From assembly GCA_030537525.1 (NCBI GenBank), contig JAUNVU010000001.1:10142-74141 (forward strand): a stretch of 64,000 nucleotides of DNA, read 5' to 3'. Under the pieces are notes generated by a model. The model was not told where the DNA came from, made no database searches, and worked only from the letters and a program-made list of their open reading frames with translations. The position numbers were made by a program, and so were the translations under genes. Below, one piece after another: positions 28,426 through 37,581 of this stretch (the first letter of the stretch is position 1; each line of letters starts with the position of its first letter). The DNA is from Eubacteriales bacterium (GTDB taxonomy: Bacteria; Bacillota; Clostridia; Saccharofermentanales; DTU023).

Positions 28426-29358
28426 ATGCAGACTTATAAATTTTGGCATGGTCTTGATGAGGAAGATTTTAATCGTGCGAAATTAAAAGAAGGTGTAAAA
28501 CTGGCCGATATTGTCTATTATCAAGCGGGAGGAGAGGCAAGCCTCTTTTTTGCACCTAGTGAAATTAAAGAATTTGTTAAAGCTCTAAGCTGGGCAAGAC
28601 AAAATGATGTAAAGACAACAATACTTGGTCTTGGTACCAATGTATTGATTTCTCCTCAGGGCTTGTCGGGCCTAGTAATATCAACTGCTAACTTAAATAG
28701 GCTTTACCTTGATACTGATCTAATATGGGCAGAGGCAGGAGTAATTTTAGCTGATCTCATCGAGCAATTCACTAGATTAGGCAGATGCTCCGCACCTGGT
28801 CTAGTTGGTATTCCTGGAACAGTAGGTGGTGGTTTGTTTATGAATGCGGGAGCCTATGACAGCGAACTAAGCGCTATTTTAGATAAAATTTTGCTCTATA
28901 AAATAGACTCTGGAGAGTGCTACGTACGGGATCACGCAGTGGAAGATTTCTCATATAGGAATTCCTTCCTACAGGCTGGTGAAGAGCTGGTTTTGGCTGC
29001 GGCTTTTAAACCTAGTGTGGTTGATAGCGAAAACAGCTTAATTGATTTGTATGAATATCAGAAGCGAAGAAGACAGAGTCAACCCCTAGCTATGCCTTCC
29101 TGCGGTTCAGCGTTTAAGAGACCTAAAGGTCATTTTGTAGGGAAATTAATATCTGATATGGGTTGGAAAGGTCATCGCGAAGGGAATGTCGGTGTATCGG
29201 CGAAGCATGCGGGCTTTATAGTCAATTATGGTGTGGATAGTTCGCAGGAAATTGCGGACTTCTTTGACAAAGTGAAGAGCGAAGTCTTGAAAAGCTTTAA
29301 TCTCGAACTTGAGGAGGAGGTAAAATTCCTTGGTGACTGGCAGTCCACAAGAAACTAA
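28426..29358 (+). CDS. murB: UDP-N-acetylenolpyruvoylglucosamine reductase
   Basis: FAD-binding domain (YYQAGGEASLFF...LGLGTNVLI) and C-terminal SCGSAFKRP...AGFIVN. ATG 28426 follows GAGGG. ATG 28411 is an alternative start. Confidence 0.88.
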   Translation: MQTYKFWHGLDEEDFNRAKLKEGVKLADIVYYQAGGEASLFFAPSEIKEFVKALSWARQNDVKTTILGLGTNVLISPQGLSGLVISTANLNRLYLDTDLIWAEAGVILADLIEQFTRLGRCSAPGLVGIPGTVGGGLFMNAGAYDSELSAILDKILLYKIDSGECYVRDHAVEDFSYRNSFLQAGEELVLAAAFKPSVVDSENSLIDLYEYQKRRRQSQPLAMPSCGSAFKRPKGHFVGKLISDMGWKGHREGNVGVSAKHAGFIVNYGVDSSQEIADFFDKVKSEVLKSFNLELEEEVKFLGDWQSTRN

Positions 29359-30244
29359 TTTACAAGAGAAATTACAAGATGAAGCAATAGCGAAGATTAG
29401 GACAAATAGCGAGTACTGGGGATTTGTCTTAAAGCTCTTCAAGGCATGTGCACTAAGAACATCTGGTCGCAGCATGAGCTTTACAACCGCTCGCGCTGGT
29501 GTTTTCTCGCTATTCGTGGACGTCTTAGAACTCAGAGGGGAAAGTGGTTTTGAATTACGAGAGGAGGGTAGACGACAGCGCATTATTTGGACAGACCGCC
29601 AGATCTTACGCAAACTGAGGCAGGAGATTAAAGAGTTTCTTTCAGAGCTTGCTAAATTATCTACAGTTATTGCCGATGAAACACATGCCACGCAAAGAGA
29701 AATTCTGCTCTGCCTACTCTATCTGGCTATTGGGTCCTGGTCAGAGCCGCGAGATAATTATCATCTAGAATTTGCCTTTCCAAGAATTTTACCTGCCGAT
29801 TTAATCAAAGCAGTATTCTCTGAGTTGGGATTAAACTTTAAAACTATTGATCGACAATCAGCAAGGGTTTTGTATCTCAAGGATGGCCGAGAAATAGGTG
29901 ATTATCTCTTGCTCACAGGCTGCACAAGTAGTTATTTATTTTACCAGCAATTGAGGGTGGAGAAAGAAGTTAAGAATCGAGTCAATAGAATCGTCAACTG
30001 CGATTCTGCCAATGCTGATCGCATGGCGACCGCTTCGGCGAGACAGTTCAGAGCAATAGAAGAAATCAAGAAACGCAGAGGTCTTGATTTCCTACCTGAG
30101 AAGCTCCGCTTGACGGCTGAATTACGCTTAGCCAACCCTGGTCTCTCACTGGCAGAGCTTGGTGCGAAATTCGAACCGCCACTGGGAAAGTCGGGTGTGA
30201 ATCATCGTTTGAAGAAAATCGAAGAGCTAGCCGAGAACTTATGA
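29330..30244 (+). CDS. whiA: DNA-binding protein WhiA
   Basis: LAGLIDADG-derived middle domain and a C-terminal HTH ending LGKSGVNHRLKKIEELA. TTG 29330 or GTG 29333 follows GAGGAGGAGG. It overlaps the murB end by about 29 nt. Confidence 0.8.
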   Translation: MVTGSPQETNLQEKLQDEAIAKIRTNSEYWGFVLKLFKACALRTSGRSMSFTTARAGVFSLFVDVLELRGESGFELREEGRRQRIIWTDRQILRKLRQEIKEFLSELAKLSTVIADETHATQREILLCLLYLAIGSWSEPRDNYHLEFAFPRILPADLIKAVFSELGLNFKTIDRQSARVLYLKDGREIGDYLLLTGCTSSYLFYQQLRVEKEVKNRVNRIVNCDSANADRMATASARQFRAIEEIKKRRGLDFLPEKLRLTAELRLANPGLSLAELGAKFEPPLGKSGVNHRLKKIEELAENL

Positions 30245-30285
30245 TAAAATACTAAAGTATGAATTATTTAAGAGGAGAGTGTTAG

Positions 30286-30660
30286 ATGGCGCAGAAATTG
30301 GAATGGGCGGCCTGTGAGTTGTCTGCATACCAGGGAGGGTTTCTCTTGGTGCGTTTTGATTTCGTGCACAATGTTCTTGTTTGGAAGGATTCCAATCGTT
30401 GGTTCAATAATTTCGTCAGAGGCTTACCAGAAGCAGACATGGATGTCTTTCGTCAGGTCCTAGAGACCAATCTTCGTGAGTTATTGAAGGAAGACAGTGG
30501 TGATTTGCTAGAAGGTCCACAGAGCAAGGTCTGGCGATTGATCTATAAGTTTGCTGACGAACCAGAGATGGAGCACATTTCTTATGATGGCAGTATCAAT
30601 TCCTGGCGACGTCTAGCGTCACTTTGCTCCGAAGCTGGTGGTAGAAGTTTTGTGCTTTAA
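30286..30660 (+). CDS. Hypothetical cytoplasmic protein
   Basis: 124-aa ORF with an AGGAGAG RBS. I do not recognise a family. Confidence 0.5.
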   Translation: MAQKLEWAACELSAYQGGFLLVRFDFVHNVLVWKDSNRWFNNFVRGLPEADMDVFRQVLETNLRELLKEDSGDLLEGPQSKVWRLIYKFADEPEMEHISYDGSINSWRRLASLCSEAGGRSFVL

Positions 30661-30682
30661 GAAAATCAAGTAGACTTTAAGA

Positions 30683-31285
30683 ATGGAATATTGGGAATCA
30701 ATATTACTGGGACCTGTTTGGTCAGATGCTTCTGGACTGAAAAGAGGCCGCCGTAGCGCGACACTATTTTCGGCTTTTGCTTGGCTAATTGTGACTGTAG
30801 CGCTCTTGCTTGTGCCTCAATATCAGCATTTTTTGATACCGCCAAGTCCCTATTCCTTGATTCTAGGTATTGTTTTATTCTTTGCTCTGCCATTTGCAGC
30901 TGCGCAATACTACAGGCTGCATATTCTGCTTAGACCGCTAATTCTACTTGGCTATCTACTGATGTTTTACAATCTCTGCTTGAGCATATCTCAGTCCATC
31001 TGGCGAAGGATAGATGTGGTACCTGTTGAATTACCAGAACGTATTCTCGACTTCATAAATGCTCGTGTTGAGACTGTCGCCCTATACTTAAAATCTCTAG
31101 AAGGTTTTACTGGTTCTATTATTTCGGTAGTTGCAGGCGTCGTCTACGTTGCTTTTATCATAATCTTCATTGTTGTTTTGGCTTTTTTGCTTGCCTGCTT
31201 GATAATTCGCTTTATTAGCGTGATGCAGAAGATCTATGATTCCCAGCTACAAAAGATCTTGCGACCAAAGGAAGAATTCTATTAG
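30683..31285 (+). CDS. Hypothetical membrane protein
   Basis: 200-aa ORF with about 4 predicted TM helices and a weak RBS. I preferred it over the overlapping 75-aa minus-strand ORF. Confidence 0.45.
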   Translation: MEYWESILLGPVWSDASGLKRGRRSATLFSAFAWLIVTVALLLVPQYQHFLIPPSPYSLILGIVLFFALPFAAAQYYRLHILLRPLILLGYLLMFYNLCLSISQSIWRRIDVVPVELPERILDFINARVETVALYLKSLEGFTGSIISVVAGVVYVAFIIIFIVVLAFLLACLIIRFISVMQKIYDSQLQKILRPKEEFY

Positions 31286-31380
31286 TTCTAAGTTTTGCCA
31301 CAATTCTTCACTTCACTTTCGTGATTTGAGGAGAAAATCTGCCTAAAATAAGGGGGAAGTCCAAATAGAAAGGGTTTCCC

Positions 31381-32754
31381 ATGTCAGACGATCGATACAT
31401 TCGCAATTCAGAATTATCAAAAGATAAAGACCTACAAGATAGCTTTAATCTTAAAAATCAAGATGGTTATTATCACTACGTGCCACAGCCAGAAGCGGCA
31501 GCTGCCTCGCAGCGGTCGACGGGTCTCGTTATAACGGCAGTACTTCTTGTACTGATATTTGTTTTCTCTTTTATCAGTATGCTATTTCTGCTCAATCAAA
31601 GAATATCCAAGGCAGAAAAGAGTTATAAAGACAATATCGCAATTTGGCGAGAAGAGGACAAAACTTCTACTGATGAGACCTCTAAGGAGAACTCTAAGGT
31701 CACTGAGTTTGTAGCTGAGGAGACCCAAGTGCAGAAAGATTACAGGCAGCCTGCATTCAGCCTTGAAGAGGCTACGAGAACAGAGTGCAATGGCGAGCAG
31801 AGTATGACCATAGCGCAAATTGCCAGTGATTCTATGCCTTCAGTCGTTGCTATCTCTACGGAGGCTTCAGTTGTCGACTTGTTTGGAGAATTGCATGAGG
31901 CAGCCTTTGCGGGATCTGGCTTCATCATATCTGAAGATGGTTTAATTGCTACCAATGCCCATGTTTTAAAAGATGCGAAGAAAATTTTAGTTAAATTAGA
32001 AGATGGCGTGGTGTATGTGGCCGAGCTGGTTGCTGAAGATAAGACTACCGACCTTGCTGTAATCAAATTACAAGATTATCCAGAGGACAAGCCGAGCTTG
32101 AAACCTGTGCGTCTTGGCGACTCAGAGCAGCTACAAGTTGGTGAACTTTCTGTAGCCATAGGCAATCCTACAGGGCAGTTAGAGGGTACGGTTACAGCAG
32201 GAATCATCTCCGCTTTGAATCGCAATATAAGCATTAAAGGACTCGACCTTCCAATGATCCAGACTAGTGCCGCTGTAAACTCAGGTAACTCAGGTGGAGC
32301 TCTATTTAACTCTTTTGGTGAAGTCATCGGCGTGATCACAGGAAAGATCTCATCAAGGGGTCAGGGTCCGAGTTATGAAGGGCTTGGTTTTGCCATCCCT
32401 ATCAACACTGCTAAGCCTGTACTTGAAGATCTGATTCGCTATGGATATGTGCGTGGTAGGGTGAGCCTTGGAATTTATGCTGAAGCTGTGTCGAAGGAGG
32501 TCGCTGAGCATTACAGCATTGCCGATAAGGCTGGAGTATTGATTATTGATATTGCACCAGATTCAGCTGCCGAGAAGGCGGGTTTAAAGAAAGGTGATCT
32601 CATTGTGACTATGGATGGTGTCGCGGTGACCACAGTAGATGAAATAAATTCTTATAAATTATCTCTGAAACCTGGCGATAAGCTACGCCTAGAATACTTT
32701 AGAAATGGACAGCTGGATGAGGTTGACATGCTCTTAGAAGAGTTCGTGCCATAA
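31381..32754 (+). CDS. htrA: HtrA/DegP-family serine protease with PDZ domain
   Basis: N-terminal TM anchor and a trypsin-like domain with TNAHV (His), DLAVIK (Asp) and GNSGGALF (Ser). The C-terminal PDZ domain contains AAEKAGLKKGDLI. Confidence 0.88.
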   Translation: MSDDRYIRNSELSKDKDLQDSFNLKNQDGYYHYVPQPEAAAASQRSTGLVITAVLLVLIFVFSFISMLFLLNQRISKAEKSYKDNIAIWREEDKTSTDETSKENSKVTEFVAEETQVQKDYRQPAFSLEEATRTECNGEQSMTIAQIASDSMPSVVAISTEASVVDLFGELHEAAFAGSGFIISEDGLIATNAHVLKDAKKILVKLEDGVVYVAELVAEDKTTDLAVIKLQDYPEDKPSLKPVRLGDSEQLQVGELSVAIGNPTGQLEGTVTAGIISALNRNISIKGLDLPMIQTSAAVNSGNSGGALFNSFGEVIGVITGKISSRGQGPSYEGLGFAIPINTAKPVLEDLIRYGYVRGRVSLGIYAEAVSKEVAEHYSIADKAGVLIIDIAPDSAAEKAGLKKGDLIVTMDGVAVTTVDEINSYKLSLKPGDKLRLEYFRNGQLDEVDMLLEEFVP

Positions 32755-32880
32755 TTTTGGAAAGAATTAGATTTTGCTGTTTGGAAATTTTCCCTAATCA
32801 ATGAAATTTTCATTTATAGACTATGAGAATTTGTGAATATTGGGTATATTAGATATATCATGCGTTCTTAGGAGGACAAA

Positions 32881-33723
32881 TTGATTAGGGAAGTTGATGT
32901 TTCTGAATTAGTGCCAATCATCCGGCAGATGTGCGTTACAGTTAATCGACATCTGCCAGCAGATGTATGTAAGAAGCTTGAAGCAGGTCGTGCAAGCGAA
33001 GATTTCGAGACAGCAGCAACAGTTTTAGATGATATTATTGCCAATTATAAACTCGCTTCTGAGCGAGAGGTGCCAATTTGTCAAGACACGGGCTTAGCCT
33101 GTGTCTTTTTAGATATAGGCCAAGATGTGCACTTGAGAGGCGATATAGAGGCAGCTGTCAATGAGGGGGTGCGCCAGGGTTATGCAGAAGGCTACCTGCG
33201 GAAATCAGTAGTTGGCGATCCGCTAAGGCGAGTAAATACTGGTGACAATACGCCAGCTATGATCTACTATCGTCTAGTTCCAGGTGACAAGATTAAAATC
33301 TCTCTAGCGACTAAGGGTTTTGGCTCTGAAAATATGTCGCAGTTGAAGATGCTGCGCCCAGCTGATGGAGTAGAGGGAGTTAAGAATTTTGTCTTAAAGG
33401 TCGTGCAGGAGGCGGGGCCTAATCCCTGCCCCCCAATCATTCTTGGTATTGGTATTGGTGGTAATTTCGATCGCGCTGCGGAACTTGCGAAGCGCAGCCT
33501 CCTGCGCGAAACGGGGGCCAGCAACCCAGATCCTTATTATGCCAATCTAGAGGCAGAGATATTGGCTGAGGTCAACGCTCTCGGTATTGGTCCCATGGGC
33601 TTCGGAGGTCGAACAACCTGCCTAGCCGTGGCTATTGAGACAGCCCCAACCCATATCGCGGGCCTACCTGTAGCTGTGAATATTCAATGCCATGCGGCAA
33701 GACACCTAGAGGAGGTGCTCTAA
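32881..33723 (+). CDS. Fe-S type hydro-lyase alpha subunit (class I fumarase/tartrate dehydratase family); candidate mesaconase
   Basis: 280 aa with PICQDTG and GIGIGG motifs of the class-I fumarase N-terminal domain. TTG 32881 lies 7 nt after AGGAGG. It is the first gene of the glutamate mutase cluster. Confidence 0.8.
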   Translation: MIREVDVSELVPIIRQMCVTVNRHLPADVCKKLEAGRASEDFETAATVLDDIIANYKLASEREVPICQDTGLACVFLDIGQDVHLRGDIEAAVNEGVRQGYAEGYLRKSVVGDPLRRVNTGDNTPAMIYYRLVPGDKIKISLATKGFGSENMSQLKMLRPADGVEGVKNFVLKVVQEAGPNPCPPIILGIGIGGNFDRAAELAKRSLLRETGASNPDPYYANLEAEILAEVNALGIGPMGFGGRTTCLAVAIETAPTHIAGLPVAVNIQCHAARHLEEVL

Positions 33724-34289
33724 TGCGCAAGAAGATTCAAGCCCCCCTGGACCTCGCAGTCAGCAAATCTCTGAGAGCTGGTGACCAGGTATTACTTACA
33801 GGGACGATATACACTTCGCGAGATGCAGGTCATCTGAGACTTGTCAACTCCATAGCAGCAGGTGAAGAACTCCCGCTGCCCTTGGAAGGTGCAGTGATTT
33901 ACTATGTTGGTCCGACCCCACCTGCGCCAGGCCAGATCATCGGCTCAGCAGGACCGACCACGTCCTATCGGATGGATCCTTATGCGCCAACGCTATTAGC
34001 ACATGGCTTGCGTGGCATGATCGGTAAAGGGAGGCGCTCAGAAGAGGTGATTGAAGCCATGCGTAAGTCGGGAGCTGTTTATTTTGGTGCCATTGGTGGT
34101 GCAGGAGCCCTGCTTTCATCTTGTATAGTTAAGTCAGATCTGATCGCCTACGAGGATTTGGGAGCAGAAGCGTTAAGAAGGCTAGAAGTTGTCGATATGC
34201 CCCTGCTGGTGGTCATCGACAGTCTGGGTAATAATTTGTATGAGACTGGTCCAGCTGCCTATCTGGCGAGCCAGGATACAGATAATTAA
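33723..34289 (+). CDS. Fe-S type hydro-lyase beta subunit (class I fumarase C-terminal domain)
   Basis: LTGTIYTSRDAGHLRL...GPTTSYRMDPY...IGKG match the family. ATG 33723 overlaps the alpha-subunit stop (TAATG) and follows GAGGAGG. Confidence 0.8.
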   Translation: MRKKIQAPLDLAVSKSLRAGDQVLLTGTIYTSRDAGHLRLVNSIAAGEELPLPLEGAVIYYVGPTPPAPGQIIGSAGPTTSYRMDPYAPTLLAHGLRGMIGKGRRSEEVIEAMRKSGAVYFGAIGGAGALLSSCIVKSDLIAYEDLGAEALRRLEVVDMPLLVVIDSLGNNLYETGPAAYLASQDTDN

Positions 34290-34309
34290 TAAAGAAGCGA
34301 GGCAGGTAG

Positions 34310-34729
34310 ATGAGCAACGGCAAACATCTAGTAATTGGCGTAATCGGCGCTGATGTCCACGCAGTTGGCATCAGAATTCTCGATTTCGCCTTCCGCGAGG
34401 CGGGTTTTGAGGTGACAAACCTAGGTGTCATGGTCTCTCAGGAAGAATTTATCAGCGCAGCTCTGGAAACGGCAGCAGATGCAATTATGGTCTCTTCCCT
34501 CTACGGGCATGGTGAATTGGACTGTAGGGGTTTGCGAGAGAAGTGCGAAGAAGCTGGAATAGGCGACATCCTCCTCTATGTCGGAGGCAATATTGTCGTC
34601 GGCAAGCAGCCTTTTAATGAGGTCAATGAACGCTTTCTCGATATGGGCTTCAACCGCTCTTTTCCACCAGGTACCGATCCTCAAATAACCATAGACTGCT
34701 TGAAGAAGGATTTAGGTGTTGAAGACTAG
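34310..34729 (+). CDS. glmS: Glutamate mutase (methylaspartate mutase) S subunit, B12-binding
   Basis: 139 aa, nearly collinear with the clostridial MutS/GlmS. It carries the DxHxxG cobalamin motif (GADVHAVG), [11 protein letters not shown] and GGNIVVGKQ. Confidence 0.9.
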   Translation: MSNGKHLVIGVIGADVHAVGIRILDFAFREAGFEVTNLGVMVSQEEFISAALETAADAIMVSSLYGHGELDCRGLREKCEEAGIGDILLYVGGNIVVGKQPFNEVNERFLDMGFNRSFPPGTDPQITIDCLKKDLGVED

Positions 34730-34734
34730 AGAAG

Positions 34735-36114
34735 ATGAAGAGTAAATATCTTTTAGGGGACTTTGGTTCAACGTGGACCAAACTCACTGCAGTTGACTGT
34801 GCGGCAGAAGAGATTGTCGGCACAGCAGCAGCCTACACAACGATTGAAACTGGCATTGAACATGGTTTGGCCGAGGCGAAAGATCTGTTGCTGAGCGCTC
34901 ATCCTGAATTTGCGGAGGCTGAATTCAGAGCTTGTTCTTCGGCAGCTGGTGGACTTCGAATGATGGTGGCTGGTCTAGTCCCTGAATTGACAGGCGAGGC
35001 AGCGAGACTTGCCGCACTTGGTGCGGGAGCTAAGGTTATTGGAGTGTACAGTCATGAACTCACTGAAGAAGATGGTGAAGAGATCATGGCTAATCATCCT
35101 GAAATCTTTTTGCTAACTGGTGGCACTGATGGTGGTAACAAGGCGTGTATTATCAATAACGCCGAGGTTTTAGCCAGCTTAAAGCCCAGTTTCCCAATCG
35201 TCTTGGCAGGCAATCGATCCGCTGTCAAAGAGGTCAAGGAGATACTGCGAGACTGTGAATACCACGTCTGTCCTAACGTGATGCCGCGATTAGGAGAAAT
35301 AGAGATTACGAAGGTGCAAGAGAAGATACGCGAGATCTTTCTCAATGAGATTATCCAGGCTAAGGGCCTCAGCAAGATCCAGAGTATGCTCGACAATATT
35401 CTCCTCCCGACACCTTCTGCCATCATGAAGGCTATGGAATTATTATCTATGGGTACGGAGAATGAGCCTGGTATCGGGGAACTGCTTGCAGTAGATCTCG
35501 GTGGAGCGACCACTGATGTTTACTCCATAGCGGATGGCTCGCCGTCAGCCATGAATACAGTTCTCAAAGGTATACCTGAACCACATGCCAAGCGTACCGT
35601 CGAAGGAGATCTCGGTATGCGTTACAGTCTGCAGGGAATAATCGATGCTGCAGGATTGTTGCGTCTAGAAGAACTTTCAGGTATAAAGCGGGAGCGCATT
35701 ATGGAATTGACTACAGACTTACGCGCTCACACCGACCGCTTACCAGAAACTAAAGAGCTCTTAGCCCTAGACGAGGCTCTGGCGAAGGCGGCGATAGAGA
35801 TTGCCGTGCGACGTCATGCGGGCTCTTTAGAGGAAGTTTACACTCCAGTTGGCAAGGTCTATGCCCAAGCAGGGAAGGACTTAAGAGATGTCAATAAGTT
35901 GGTAGTGACAGGAGGAGCAATTGTGCGCGTGGAGAAGGCGGCAGAAATTGCAAGCTATTGTTTCTACGACTTTAATGAACCAAATTCACTGAAACCGCGC
36001 GAGGCGGATATCCTCGTAGATCGCAAATACATACTTTCGGCCATGGGCGTCTTAGCTCAAAGTGAGCCAGAGCATGCATTAAGGATTATGAAGAAGGAGT
36101 TAAGTCATGAGTGA
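34735..36114 (+). CDS. glmL: Glutamate mutase reactivase/chaperone MutL (GlmL)
   Basis: 459 aa with an ASKHA-like fold ([20 protein letters not shown]). It lies between the S and E subunits, as in clostridial mut/glm operons. Confidence 0.8.
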   Translation: MKSKYLLGDFGSTWTKLTAVDCAAEEIVGTAAAYTTIETGIEHGLAEAKDLLLSAHPEFAEAEFRACSSAAGGLRMMVAGLVPELTGEAARLAALGAGAKVIGVYSHELTEEDGEEIMANHPEIFLLTGGTDGGNKACIINNAEVLASLKPSFPIVLAGNRSAVKEVKEILRDCEYHVCPNVMPRLGEIEITKVQEKIREIFLNEIIQAKGLSKIQSMLDNILLPTPSAIMKAMELLSMGTENEPGIGELLAVDLGGATTDVYSIADGSPSAMNTVLKGIPEPHAKRTVEGDLGMRYSLQGIIDAAGLLRLEELSGIKRERIMELTTDLRAHTDRLPETKELLALDEALAKAAIEIAVRRHAGSLEEVYTPVGKVYAQAGKDLRDVNKLVVTGGAIVRVEKAAEIASYCFYDFNEPNSLKPREADILVDRKYILSAMGVLAQSEPEHALRIMKKELSHE

Positions 36115-37564
36115 GATTAGAAACAAGCGCCTAAGTGATGATGAATTTATGTCAATTCGTCGCGAGATCTTAGGTCAGTGGCCGACAGGTCAAGAGGTGC
36201 AAGAGATTGAGGATGGTATAGAGTATCAAAAGTCAATACCGCCTGAGAAGAACTTCACTAAAGTCTTAAATAAGGCAAAGGCGCAGGGCAAAACCCTAGT
36301 ACAGCCACGAGCTGGAGTAGCCTTGATTGAAAAGCAGATTGAGCTCTTGAATTATTTGGCAAATGAGGGTGAGGCAGATCTCTTACCCTCCACCATTGAC
36401 TCCTATACGAGGCAAAATCGTTACCAAGAGGCAAAGGTCGGTATCGAGGAGAGTATCAAGACTGGAAAGTCAATGCTCAACGGTTTTCCAGCTGTTAACC
36501 ACGGGGTCCGCGGCTGTCGACAGTTGACAGAAAATCTCACTAAGCCAGTACAAGTGAGACATGGTACACCAGATGCCAGACTTTTGACAGAGATAACTTA
36601 TGCTGGCGGCTTTACTTCATATGAAGGCGGCGGCATTTCCTATAATATTCCCTACGCTAAGAATGTGCCCATGGAGCGCACCATAGCAGACTGGCAGTAT
36701 ATCGACCGGCTGACGGGGATTTTTGAAGAAGGTGGGATCTCGATTAATCGTGAACCATATGGTCCGCTGACGGGCACGCTAGTACCGCCATTTGTCAGCC
36801 ATTCCGTGGCGATTATAGAAGCCCTACTTGCCGCCGAGCAGGGAGTTAAGAATGTCACAGTTGGTTACGGTCAATGTGGCAACCTGGTTCAAGACGTCGC
36901 TGCTTTACAAATGTTGCAGGTTTTGACTGATGAGTATCTTGAGAAATATGGCTATGGTGATGTCACTGTGACAACGGTTTTGCACCAGTGGATGGGTGGT
37001 TTCCCACAAGACGAAGCGAAGGCTTTTGCCGTAATCTCTTGGGGTTCGGTTGTTGCAGCCCTATCTCATGCAACTAAGGTTATCGTTAAGACACCACATG
37101 AAGCCATGGGTGTGCCAACTAAGGAAGCTAATGCTGAAGGTCTGCGCTGTACTAAGCAGATCATCAATATGCTAGGTGATCAGAGTCTCGATGAGAACTC
37201 TCTTGAGCGTGAGAAAGAGATCATCAGACAAGAGACCTGCACGGTCGTTGATGCCTGCTATAAATTGGGTGATGGCGATATAGCGATTGGCACTATACGT
37301 GCTGTAGAGGCTGGTGTACTAGACATTCCCTGGGCCCCATCTCGCTTTAACCGTGGTCGCCTGCTGCCTGCTCGTGATAATGACGGGGCGGTGCGTGTCT
37401 TCAGTGTTGGCGATGTACCATTTAGTCAAGATCTAATCGATTTCCACAAGCAGAAGATGGAGGAGAGAGCGCGTTATGAGAATCGCGAAGCTTCCTTCCA
37501 GATGGTTATCGATGACGTCTATGCGATTTCCAAGGGCCGCCTAGTGGGTCGCCCTGGTAAATAA
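36107..37564 (+). CDS. glmE: Glutamate mutase (methylaspartate mutase) E subunit
   Basis: 485 aa. The start overlaps the glmL stop (ATGA). TIM-barrel subunit sequence ([27 protein letters not shown]). Confidence 0.88.
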   Translation: MSEIRNKRLSDDEFMSIRREILGQWPTGQEVQEIEDGIEYQKSIPPEKNFTKVLNKAKAQGKTLVQPRAGVALIEKQIELLNYLANEGEADLLPSTIDSYTRQNRYQEAKVGIEESIKTGKSMLNGFPAVNHGVRGCRQLTENLTKPVQVRHGTPDARLLTEITYAGGFTSYEGGGISYNIPYAKNVPMERTIADWQYIDRLTGIFEEGGISINREPYGPLTGTLVPPFVSHSVAIIEALLAAEQGVKNVTVGYGQCGNLVQDVAALQMLQVLTDEYLEKYGYGDVTVTTVLHQWMGGFPQDEAKAFAVISWGSVVAALSHATKVIVKTPHEAMGVPTKEANAEGLRCTKQIINMLGDQSLDENSLEREKEIIRQETCTVVDACYKLGDGDIAIGTIRAVEAGVLDIPWAPSRFNRGRLLPARDNDGAVRVFSVGDVPFSQDLIDFHKQKMEERARYENREASFQMVIDDVYAISKGRLVGRPGK

Positions 37565-37581
37565 TTTTTCAGGAGGACAAG

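Noticed and set aside
30666-30893. 75-aa minus-strand ORF overlapping the start of the 200-aa membrane-protein ORF
   Set aside because: It has no RBS and sits antisense to a longer ORF with coherent TM-helix structure. I kept the plus-strand gene, itself only at moderate confidence.
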